IMG/VR virus record: IMGVR_UViG_3300033434_000365 | Span: 1 to 29,554 of that record | Origin: a virus | Lineage: Duplodnaviria; Caudoviricetes | Length of the DNA: 29,554 nt | Strand: one strand, 5' to 3' | Shown: positions 15,456 through 22,917 of the stretch, piece after piece | How the letters are laid out: each line of letters begins with the position of its first letter | Numbering within the stretch: position 1 is the first letter of the stretch | Program-made: the position numbers and the translations under genes | The notes under the pieces: model-generated | Seen by the model: the letters and a program-made list of their open reading frames with translations, nothing else | Database searches by the model: none | Told to the model about the DNA's origin: nothing

Positions 15456-16652
15456 CTACACTTTCATTTGCAGCACTTTGACGGCTTCGGCAAGAATCAA
15501 CTTGCCGTCGACACGCTGAGTAGCCTTGAAGCCAACCTGCCCTGTTGCCGCATAGAGTTCGTTGAGCCGCTGGAAGGCTCTGCCCTGGCGGTCCGCCACC
15601 CAGTAGTAGCTGAAATCGCCAAAGGCGATAGTTTTTGCAGCCGCCGCGATAGCCGGAACATAAGCTGAGGTCTTCAGCGGGCGGTTTAAGATGGTATCAG
15701 GCTGACCTGCGGTCACCGAAGGTTGCCAGAGATACTGGCCGTTCCCGTCTTTCAGCTTGCGGATGGACTTTACGGTCGCGTCATTGGTGACGAATACGGC
15801 ATTCTTGCGGTACGGCGATTTTAGGGAATAAAACAGGTCCATGATTTCATCGATAGTGATGGCGGTCGCGCTGGCAGTCGTGATTCCCACTCCGGCACCG
15901 CCGGTAGCATTGAAAATACCGGTAGGTTTTCCGGTTCCGTCGCCGACAAAGAAGGCTTCCTCCTCTTTCGCCCCAATGCGCCGGCCAAACTCCTTGGCAA
16001 TGTATTGTTCCAGATTAAACACACTGTCGTTTAAGAGTTCCTCTGATACCTTGATCATCGTAGCCAGCTTGTAGGCTCCAATGGAAACCTGACCAAAGGT
16101 ATCGTCCGACTCGGGGATCGCACCTTCTTCGTCCACCCAGGAAGCGGTTCCCTTGGTGGCGACTACCGGAATTTTACGATCCCCCGAGGAGGTGGTAATG
16201 ATCGTAGCCAGTTGCCGGAAAATGTTTTCTTCCTGCAGGGCTTCCACCAGGGTGCGCTCAAATTCATCCGGCACCAGGTAGCCGCCTTCAGAGTCGGTTC
16301 CAGCTTGCAGGGCGTTTTGCACATCAAAGCTGTTTTTGTTCTTCATTGCTTTCCAGAAGGCCGCTTTGTATTCCCTCGAAGCCCGGCCGGTTTTTTCCGT
16401 TTCCTGGTGCTGGCTGGGTTTGTTCGTAATAGCGGTTGAGGTGGGCTTGGACAGTTCGAGATCCAGAACCGCTTGGCGTTCCAGGCGATCGATTTCCTTA
16501 CCCAAGCTCACAACATCGGTTTCCATCTTTTCATAGGTGGCCGTATCTTCGGCAGACAGCAGACCGTTTTCATTGCGCCGGGAATCTAAAAAAGCTTTGG
16601 TGCTATCCCAAAGCTTGGCGCGCTTCTCGCGCAGTTCCAGTATTTTATTCAT
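15456..16652 (-). CDS. Major capsid protein, HK97 fold, with N-terminal scaffolding (delta) domain
   Basis: Coiled-coil N-terminus; GGYLVP, WVDE, SEELLND, F-x-x-GDG-x-x-KP-x-G, LKD-x-NGQYLW, FGDF and R-x-DG motifs. Confidence 0.97.
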   Translation of the reverse strand: MNKILELREKRAKLWDSTKAFLDSRRNENGLLSAEDTATYEKMETDVVSLGKEIDRLERQAVLDLELSKPTSTAITNKPSQHQETEKTGRASREYKAAFWKAMKNKNSFDVQNALQAGTDSEGGYLVPDEFERTLVEALQEENIFRQLATIITTSSGDRKIPVVATKGTASWVDEEGAIPESDDTFGQVSIGAYKLATMIKVSEELLNDSVFNLEQYIAKEFGRRIGAKEEEAFFVGDGTGKPTGIFNATGGAGVGITTASATAITIDEIMDLFYSLKSPYRKNAVFVTNDATVKSIRKLKDGNGQYLWQPSVTAGQPDTILNRPLKTSAYVPAIAAAAKTIAFGDFSYYWVADRQGRAFQRLNELYAATGQVGFKATQRVDGKLILAEAVKVLQMKV

Positions 16653-16672
16653 AGTGATTTCCTCCCTGTTTT

Positions 16673-17365
16673 TTATTTCAAGAGTTCAAGTCTAGTCAGC
16701 AGTTCTTTATGCGGCGTCCCCGCCAATGCAGCCTGCGGCTTCTCTTTTTCCCTGGGAAGCTTTCGTAAAAAAGCGTTGGTGACGGTTAGGCGGTCAAAAA
16801 TAAAACCCTCTGCCGCGTCCTGTGCATCAGGCGCGTAGAGGATTTTATCGGCAAACCCCAGTTCCACCGCCTTTTGCGCGCTGAACCAGGTTTCCGCATC
16901 CATCATATTTGAAATTTTGCCGCGTGGCAGTCCAGTACGCTGTTCATAGGCGTTGATGATACTTTCCTTAACCTCGTTCAGTAGCTTAATGCCGCTTGCG
17001 AGATCAGCCGCTTCACCGAAGACAACCGTGGCTGGATTGTGGATCATCATCATGGCTACTGGCGACATCACGATTTCATCGCCGGCCATGGCGATCACGG
17101 ATGCGGCGCTGGCCGCGATGCCGTCAATCTTGACGGTGACCTTGCCCTCATACTCCTTGAGCATGGTGTAGATCTGGCTGGCCGCAAATACATCCCCGCC
17201 CGGAGAATTGAGCCAAACTGCAATATCGCCGGTTGCTGTCGTAAGCTCGGCCTTGAATTTTCTTGGGGTGATGTCATCGTCAAACCAGCTGTCTTGGGCG
17301 ATGTAGCCGTCAAAATACAAGGTGCGACCGTCCTCGTTTTTTACCCAGTTCCAAAATTTTTTCAT
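16673..17365 (-). CDS. ClpP-type prohead maturation protease
   Basis: LNSPGGDV, IDGIAASAAS, MMIHNP and ETW-x-x-A-x-x-A-x-x-x-GFAD; lies between portal and capsid. Confidence 0.96.
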   Translation of the reverse strand: MKKFWNWVKNEDGRTLYFDGYIAQDSWFDDDITPRKFKAELTTATGDIAVWLNSPGGDVFAASQIYTMLKEYEGKVTVKIDGIAASAASVIAMAGDEIVMSPVAMMMIHNPATVVFGEAADLASGIKLLNEVKESIINAYEQRTGLPRGKISNMMDAETWFSAQKAVELGFADKILYAPDAQDAAEGFIFDRLTVTNAFLRKLPREKEKPQAALAGTPHKELLTRLELLK

Positions 17366-18600
17366 TTGCTTCCCTCCATTCCCTTTGCATTCTTTTGGGC
17401 AAATGCCCCCGCGTCAGCCAGCTTGGTCATGTTGCCGTTGATGAGATACAAGTCTCCGCCCAATTCTGCTGGTATGCGGTTGAGATTTTCCAGTTCGCGA
17501 ATGTCGTTGCTGGATAGCCAGCCGTTTTGCCTGCCCACGGCGTAGCCGTTCATCCGGCTCTGGTAGTCGCCGCGCAAAAGCCCGTCCACGTTGAATTTTA
17601 CAAAGTACTGCCGCTTTTCACTTTCGCTGAACAAGGCTCGCTGCATGGCTTCTTCCCATCGCACCACCCACGGGTCCAGGGTGTACATGACAAATTCCAA
17701 GGACTGCTGCTCAATGTTGGAGAAGCTGGATTTCTCCAGATCGCCGATCATGTGGGGCGGAATGCGAAAGATACGGGCAATCTCGTTGATTTGGAATTTG
17801 CGAGTTTCCAAAAACTGCGCCTGCTCCGGCGGTATGCCGATGCTTTGAAACTTCATGCCTTCTTCGAGCACCGCCACCCGATGGGCGTTGCTGCTGCCCT
17901 GATATACAGCATTCCAGCTTTCCCGGATGCGCGCCGGGTCTTTGACCACGCCAGGATGCTCCAGCACTCCTCCAGGACTAGCTCCGTTGGCAAAAAACTT
18001 AGCACCGTATTCCTCCGTGGCGATAGCCATGCCGATAGCGTTTTTGGCCATAGCGATCGGCGAGTAGCCAATCAGGCCGTCAAAGCCTAGCCCTGGAATA
18101 TGAAGGACTTCGTAATTGCGCAATAAAAATGTCTGTCCATCCTTTTCATACTGGTAGTACAAAATTCCCTGATCGTTCCGGTTGACCAACATTTTGTTTG
18201 GCAAGAGCGGGTACAATCCGACCACTCTGCCCCGCCCATCCCTAATGATCTGGGCATAGGCGTTGCCCCATAACAAAAGATGCCCCATCAGTGTTTCGCG
18301 AAACACGAATGAGGTCATCTCTGGGTTTGGCTCGCTGTGGAGCAGATAGTATATTGGATGGTCTATAGCTTTTTCTTTGCCGTTGGCTGTATAACGATAC
18401 GTGTGCATCGGTAGCGAAGCGATGGTTTCCGCCAGGATTCTGACGCAGGCGTAAACCGCCGTGGTCTGCAGCGCCGTCCGCTCATTGACTGTCTTGCCGC
18501 TGGAGCTTGTGCCGAAGAAAAAGCTGTAGGCGCTACCCCAGAAGCTGTTTTGCGGGCTGGCTCTCGTTTGAAAAAATCTCGATAAAAAGGGGATTTTCAT
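17362..18600 (-). CDS. Portal protein, HK97 family
   Basis: AVYACVRILAETIASLP, PNPEMT, LLWGNAY, G-x-x-G-x-SP, QFLETR and IARIFRIPP. Confidence 0.97.
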   Translation of the reverse strand: MKIPFLSRFFQTRASPQNSFWGSAYSFFFGTSSSGKTVNERTALQTTAVYACVRILAETIASLPMHTYRYTANGKEKAIDHPIYYLLHSEPNPEMTSFVFRETLMGHLLLWGNAYAQIIRDGRGRVVGLYPLLPNKMLVNRNDQGILYYQYEKDGQTFLLRNYEVLHIPGLGFDGLIGYSPIAMAKNAIGMAIATEEYGAKFFANGASPGGVLEHPGVVKDPARIRESWNAVYQGSSNAHRVAVLEEGMKFQSIGIPPEQAQFLETRKFQINEIARIFRIPPHMIGDLEKSSFSNIEQQSLEFVMYTLDPWVVRWEEAMQRALFSESEKRQYFVKFNVDGLLRGDYQSRMNGYAVGRQNGWLSSNDIRELENLNRIPAELGGDLYLINGNMTKLADAGAFAQKNAKGMEGSK

Positions 18601-18628
18601 GATTCACCTCCTGAGAATGAATAAACAA

Positions 18629-20221
18629 TTACAGAAACAAAATTCCTCTCCCGTCGTATACGCTGGTATCGCCTTTATTTCTTATTGAGCGGTCAAGCGC
18701 CATAATGGCGGCGACAATCCCGTCAATCTTTTCCACAGACTTTTCCTTGTCCGGCTTGAGGTTTCCGGCAGGGTCCTGGCGCATGACCACATTCTGCGCC
18801 ATCCATTTGAGGACAGGATTTCCGCCGTGATTGATGCTGCCTTCCATCAGCAGCTTATAGAGTTCCTTGGATGGCGGAGACATATCCTTGTAGCCTTGTC
18901 CGAACGGAACAACCGTAAACCCCATATCCTCAAGGTTCTGCACCATCTGCGTGGCGTTCCAGCGGTCATAGGCAATTTCCTTGATGTGGTATTTCTCGCC
19001 CAACTCCTCTATAAATTTTTCAATGAAGCCGTAGTGAATGACGTTGCCTTCGGTGGTCTGAATATAGCCTTGCAGTTCCCACACATCGTAAAGCACATGG
19101 TCCCGGCGGCACCGCAGCTCCAAAGTATCCTTTGGCAACCAGAAGAACGGAAGCACGACATACTTCTCGTCCTCCGCGCGTGGCGGGAACACCAGGACGA
19201 AAGCGGTAATATCAGAGGTGCTTGAAAGGTCAAGCCCGCCGTAACACTCTCTGCCATGGAGCGAATCCATGTCGAGGGGAAGATCGCCCCGGCCATAGAT
19301 ATGCTCCGGAATCCAGCACACGGTCGCCGAGGTCCAGATATTTAAGCGGAGCTGTTTGAACACATTTTCTTCCGCAGGGTTTTCTAGCGCGTTTTTATAG
19401 GCTTCGCGGACACGCTCTATAGTGATGGTGTGGCCAAGGGACGGATTTGCCTTGTACCAGTTGTCTTCATCATTCCAATCGTCCTGCTCAGTCAGTCCAT
19501 ATACAACAGGGTAAAAAGTGTTGTCTTTTCTGCGACCTGCCTTGATGTCCAGCGCTTTGGCGTGCAATTCATAACAGATGCTGTTCTTGTCATTTCCTGC
19601 TGTGGTTATGATGAAGAACAGCGGCTGTTCGCGAGCATCGCCGGAACCTTTGGTCAGAACATCGTACAGCCTGCGATCCGGCTGAGCGTGAATTTCGTCA
19701 AAAACAAGCCCGGACACGTTAAGACCATGCTTGGTCCCGGTTTCCGCTGAAAGCACCTGATAAAACCCGGCATTGGAGTAGTTCACAATACGCTTAGTGG
19801 CGGCTGTAATCTTCGACCGTTTTAACAAAGCCGGCGACATCTGGACCATCTGCTTGGCCACGTCGAACACAATGGAAGCCTGCGATCTGTCGCAAGCGGC
19901 TCCGTACACTTCGGCGCTGGGTTCGTTGTCGGCATACAAAAGGTAAAGGGCAATGGCGGCTGCGAGTTCCGACTTGCCCTGTTTTTTCGGTATTTCGATA
20001 TAGGCTGTAAGGAATTGCCGTTTGCCGTTCTCGCCGACGATGCCAAAAAGATCCCGGACGATCTGCTCCTGCCAGGGTAATAGCAGAAACTTTTTTCCCG
20101 CCCATTTTCCTTTGGTGTGGCAAAGATTTTCAATGAAAGCGACCGCCCTGTCAGCCTTCGCCTTGTCATAATGAGAAGTTGCAAGCATAAAAGGCGAAGG
20201 CGTGTATTGGTACGGCATCAT
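18629..20221 (-). CDS. terL: Terminase large subunit (Terminase_1, cos-type)
   Basis: LLPWQ, Walker A IPKKQGKS, Walker B VFDEIH, ITTAG, W-x-KANP; nuclease motifs GGLDLS and KIDG. Confidence 0.98.
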   Translation of the reverse strand: MMPYQYTPSPFMLATSHYDKAKADRAVAFIENLCHTKGKWAGKKFLLLPWQEQIVRDLFGIVGENGKRQFLTAYIEIPKKQGKSELAAAIALYLLYADNEPSAEVYGAACDRSQASIVFDVAKQMVQMSPALLKRSKITAATKRIVNYSNAGFYQVLSAETGTKHGLNVSGLVFDEIHAQPDRRLYDVLTKGSGDAREQPLFFIITTAGNDKNSICYELHAKALDIKAGRRKDNTFYPVVYGLTEQDDWNDEDNWYKANPSLGHTITIERVREAYKNALENPAEENVFKQLRLNIWTSATVCWIPEHIYGRGDLPLDMDSLHGRECYGGLDLSSTSDITAFVLVFPPRAEDEKYVVLPFFWLPKDTLELRCRRDHVLYDVWELQGYIQTTEGNVIHYGFIEKFIEELGEKYHIKEIAYDRWNATQMVQNLEDMGFTVVPFGQGYKDMSPPSKELYKLLMEGSINHGGNPVLKWMAQNVVMRQDPAGNLKPDKEKSVEKIDGIVAAIMALDRSIRNKGDTSVYDGRGILFL

Positions 20222-20691
20222 TCACCGCCTCCCAGCAATTGCTCCATCTCATCGGCAGGGTCAACAGAACCTTCGCCCGCCGCAATTCTGCTCCGAGCCG
20301 AAGGCGTCAGGCCGAACTGTTCGCAGAATTTCAGCATGATCTTTAGGTTTGTCTGGGCAATGGACACCTGCGGCACCTGCTGCAGATAGCCGTTGGGAGT
20401 ACGGATCATCGTACCGTGCTGAGTGATAAATTCTTCGGCTTCCTTCCAGCGGGCATACGCCTGGCAGTATCCCGCGAAGGCTGCCATATCCATTTCCGTC
20501 AGCAGACCCATCTGCTCTAAAATCTTGCCCATGCGTTTCCATTCTTTTTTTGCTTCATCTTCAAGCCAAGAAGGACAGCGCGGAGCTTTTTTATTAGGCT
20601 TGGGTTCGTTTTTGTTCAGCGGCCGCCTGCCCGGATTGCCTTCCAGTTCCTTAAGAACGGTCGGTTTTGGTTTTCTTCCTCTCTGCGCCAT
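20218..20691 (-). CDS. terS: Terminase small subunit, P27 family
   Basis: GRKPKPT...GNPG-x-R, P-x-WL, AKKEW, YCQAY and FGLTPSAR. Probable start MAQRG at 20691 after GAGGTGAGGGG. Confidence 0.96.
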   Translation of the reverse strand: MAQRGRKPKPTVLKELEGNPGRRPLNKNEPKPNKKAPRCPSWLEDEAKKEWKRMGKILEQMGLLTEMDMAAFAGYCQAYARWKEAEEFITQHGTMIRTPNGYLQQVPQVSIAQTNLKIMLKFCEQFGLTPSARSRIAAGEGSVDPADEMEQLLGGGE

Positions 20692-20728
20692 AAGCCCCTC
20701 ACCTCCTCTCATCAGCTTTCATGGCATG

Positions 20729-20753
20729 AAAAAAAGACCTCCGAAGAAGCCTC
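20729..20753 (-). terminator. Intrinsic terminator immediately upstream of terS
   Basis: Minus strand GAGGCTTC-TTCG-GAGGTCTT followed by TTTTT (UUCG loop, G-U-rich stem). Confidence 0.65.
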
Positions 20754-20767
20754 GTGTCTAATTGTAC

Positions 20768-20792
20768 GAGAAACAGCCCCCGCAAGGGCCGC
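20768..20792 (-). terminator. Intrinsic terminator after the DUF4314 gene
   Basis: Minus strand GCGGCCCT-TGCG-GGGGCTGT followed by TTCTC. Confidence 0.6.
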
Positions 20793-20808
20793 ATCTCAAT
20801 ATGCTATT

Positions 20809-21027
20809 TCAGTCTATCTTTTTGCACAAATCCTCGCCGTAGACCACGCTCAGGCTTCCGCCATTGTCCCAGGAAACCATAATGCTGCCAAGGTCGTCCA
20901 CGCCGGTTACCGTCCCGCGAGTGCCAATGGGCGGTGCCTGTTCGTCATTCATACGCACAAGTTCAACTCTTGTGCTGACGAGATACTGTTTGCGCAGCCG
21001 CTCGACAATTTCTCTTTTAACAAACAT
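20809..21027 (-). CDS. DUF4314 family protein
   Basis: RVEL-x-x-M-x-D...P-x-G-x-x-GTV-x-x-VDD-x-G-x-I-x-V-x-WD-x-G-x-x-L-x-x-x-x-GED. Probable start MFVKRE at 21027. Confidence 0.88.
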   Translation of the reverse strand: MFVKREIVERLRKQYLVSTRVELVRMNDEQAPPIGTRGTVTGVDDLGSIMVSWDNGGSLSVVYGEDLCKKID

Positions 21028-21835
21028 CGCCAGCCTCCGCACACGGTTTTTGTTTTCTGGCCAACAAGCGTGCCTTATGCTTTTCCTCCTCTGCCGGAGT
21101 GCGGAAGGCGGCGCTGCCGGAAAGGCGGGATAGCAAGACTTTTCGTGTCTTTTTGAAAGCGTCGCCGCTCATGCCCAACCGAAGCAGCCAGGTTCGCATG
21201 GCGTATTTTGGATTGTCCTCTTGGGCGGGTTTGAAGGAAGAATACTTAAGTTTTTTAGCATTCTCATTCACGCAAGCCGCCAGGTCAAGAAAAGCCGCCA
21301 TTTCGTCCGGTGTCGGATTATCTTTTAACAGCTTGATGGCCAGAGTATGCTTTTCAAAATTCATTTCCAGGCCAAGGGAACGCTGTGCCCCTACGTCAGT
21401 CCAAGCCGTTTTAAAGGAATCCATGTCTTCCATCGGCCTTTGATGCAAGTCCTCGGCCAAATTTGTGTCAATCAGTGGCTCCGTCAGGCCAAAGGCGCTG
21501 ACAAGCAAGTGCTGCTTGCTTACGAGCATGTTGACCAAGTTCCGCAGGCTCGCCGCCGTATGGCCTTCCTGCGGCAATTCAACCGCATATTCCCCAATCT
21601 GCAGTTCACTTGGTTCGATTGACTCTGGCTCTTCAGTTGGCTCTGCTTTTGGCTGATTCAATAGCTCCTGGGCGGAAAACTCGCGCCCCTCCACATCTTT
21701 GATCAAGCCGTTGCGGTCGATTAGGAAGTTTCCCGCATCGCACTGGATTTCAAAGGCGCAACTTGGCACGCCAAGGTATTTGGCTTTGACTCCCCATTTT
21801 TCTTCTAGCGCCTGGACCAGTTCTTTTCTTGTCAT
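21017..21835 (-). CDS. Conserved prophage protein with C-terminus resembling the tail of phage putative amidoligases
   Basis: N-terminal KYLGVPSCAF; C-terminal NPKYAMRTWLLRLG-x-x-G-x-x-FK-x-x-RK-x-LL-x-x-L-x-G-x-x-AFR. Function unknown. Confidence 0.65.
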   Translation of the reverse strand: MTRKELVQALEEKWGVKAKYLGVPSCAFEIQCDAGNFLIDRNGLIKDVEGREFSAQELLNQPKAEPTEEPESIEPSELQIGEYAVELPQEGHTAASLRNLVNMLVSKQHLLVSAFGLTEPLIDTNLAEDLHQRPMEDMDSFKTAWTDVGAQRSLGLEMNFEKHTLAIKLLKDNPTPDEMAAFLDLAACVNENAKKLKYSSFKPAQEDNPKYAMRTWLLRLGMSGDAFKKTRKVLLSRLSGSAAFRTPAEEEKHKARLLARKQKPCAEAGDVC

Positions 21836-22029
21836 TGTTCACACCCCGCTTCCCGAACCCACTTCAACGTGTTCACCAATTCTTCAATTTCGCCGGCCGA
21901 GTAGATCAGGCATTCGTCATTGTCCTTCGCCGTCGGAGCAAGCACCAAGTTGCCGCCCCATTTTCCAACGATTACATAACTTTGCTTTGAGTAGGTGGCT
22001 TTAAATCGGTCGCCTTTTTGAATTCTCAT
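21832..22029 (-). CDS. Hypothetical protein (65 aa)
   Basis: RBS GGGAGGG before ATG at 22029; ATGA overlap with the next gene; own promoter-like motif upstream. Confidence 0.75.
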   Translation of the reverse strand: MRIQKGDRFKATYSKQSYVIVGKWGGNLVLAPTAKDNDECLIYSAGEIEELVNTLKWVREAGCEQ

Positions 22030-22059
22030 GGTTTTTCCCTCCCTGTGTTTTGGTAGTCT

Positions 22060-22090
22060 ATATATCACTCTAAACACAGGAATTAGCAAG
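22060..22090 (-). promoter_or_regulatory. Promoter-like motif CTTG-N15-AGAGTGATRTAT (copy 2)
   Basis: Minus strand CTTGCTAATTCCTGTGTTTAGAGTGATATAT, 30 bp upstream of the ATG at 22029. Confidence 0.75.
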
Positions 22091-22128
22091 CAAAATGCGC
22101 AAATAAAATCAGCTTTTTAAATCAGGAC

Positions 22129-22154
22129 AACAAAGAAACGGGCCTTTCCGCCCG
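22129..22154 (-). terminator. Intrinsic terminator after the DUF6329-like gene
   Basis: Minus strand CGGGC-GGAAAG-GCCCG followed by TTTCTTTGTT. Confidence 0.7.
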
Positions 22155-22174
22155 CTCCTAATTGTTCTGTTTTT

Positions 22175-22486
22175 TTATTCCTCGATGGCTGTGTACCTTG
22201 GGTAATCATAGCCTTCGGTGTTCACCAAAATTCGCTCGCCCGTCTGGGCGTTTCTAACCCGAATGCACCGGATTTCCCCGGCTTGGTTCATCCCGCCGTC
22301 TTTTCCGCCAATCCAAGGCTGATCCTCCAGCAAGTCCTCGGCAAAATTCTTGAATTCCTCGTCACTGATTTCAATCTCTCTGAGCACCGTGTAGGCCGAT
22401 CCGGAATGTTTTTCTTGTTTGGCCCGCCGGGTGGCGGCTTTTAGGGCTTCAAGGTTGGGTATTTTCCTGCCAAAATGCGCTTTCAT
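22175..22486 (-). CDS. Hypothetical protein, DUF6329-like
   Basis: F-x-RK...I-x-I-x-x-x-EF-x-x-F-x-x-DLL-x-D-x-x-W...CI-x-V...ILV-x-x-EGYDY-x-RY. Start MKAHF at 22486 after AGGAGGTG. Confidence 0.7.
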   Translation of the reverse strand: MKAHFGRKIPNLEALKAATRRAKQEKHSGSAYTVLREIEISDEEFKNFAEDLLEDQPWIGGKDGGMNQAGEIRCIRVRNAQTGERILVNTEGYDYPRYTAIEE

Positions 22487-22517
22487 GCTAAGCACCTCCT
22501 GTGTTTTTCGTTACACC

Positions 22518-22548
22518 ATATATCACTCTAAACACAGATAATAGCAAG
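22518..22548 (-). promoter_or_regulatory. Promoter-like motif CTTG-N15-AGAGTGATRTAT (copy 3)
   Basis: Minus strand CTTGCTATTATCTGTGTTTAGAGTGATATAT, 31 bp upstream of the ATG at 22486. Confidence 0.75.
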
Positions 22549-22575
22549 CTTTTTGGCAAATATACCCGCATATCT

Positions 22576-22914
22576 TTACGATTCCTGGCTCTCGGAGCGG
22601 TCATACACCATTTTCAGCTGCAGCAGGGAATATACAATTCGATCCAGCAGACGTTCGTCGCATTCGCTGACCGTAATGCCTTTGGCCAATGCCACATTGT
22701 GCTTGTCCACCAGCGTTTCAGCTACCAGAAACATGGCGGCGTAAGGGTCCTGAGCATACATGGACGGGTATAGCCGCTCGGCAGTCTGGCGGAAATTCCA
22801 GAAGAGATCGCCGCTCGCGCCATAGCCTTCATTTTTTCTGGCAAACAGCTTTTGAATTTCCTCGAACTTGTCTTGAATAAATAAAAGAAAATCTGTTTTT
22901 CGTGTTAGTTCCAA
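22576..22914 (-). CDS. Alpha-helical Nmad1/DUF1599-like protein (possible nucleotide pyrophosphohydrolase fold)
   Basis: F-x-RKN-x-x-YG...NF and C-terminal D-x-x-L-x-D-x-x-x-Y patterns. TTG start after GGAGGTG, 3 bp after the methyltransferase stop. Confidence 0.55.
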   Translation of the reverse strand: MELTRKTDFLLFIQDKFEEIQKLFARKNEGYGASGDLFWNFRQTAERLYPSMYAQDPYAAMFLVAETLVDKHNVALAKGITVSECDERLLDRIVYSLLQLKMVYDRSESQES

Positions 22915-22917
22915 GGA

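Noticed and set aside
22060-22548. Repeated 31-bp sequence as a CRISPR mini-array or att site
   Set aside because: The two nearby copies are about 460 bp apart, each sits a fixed distance before a start codon, and no cas genes are present; a promoter-type element fits better.
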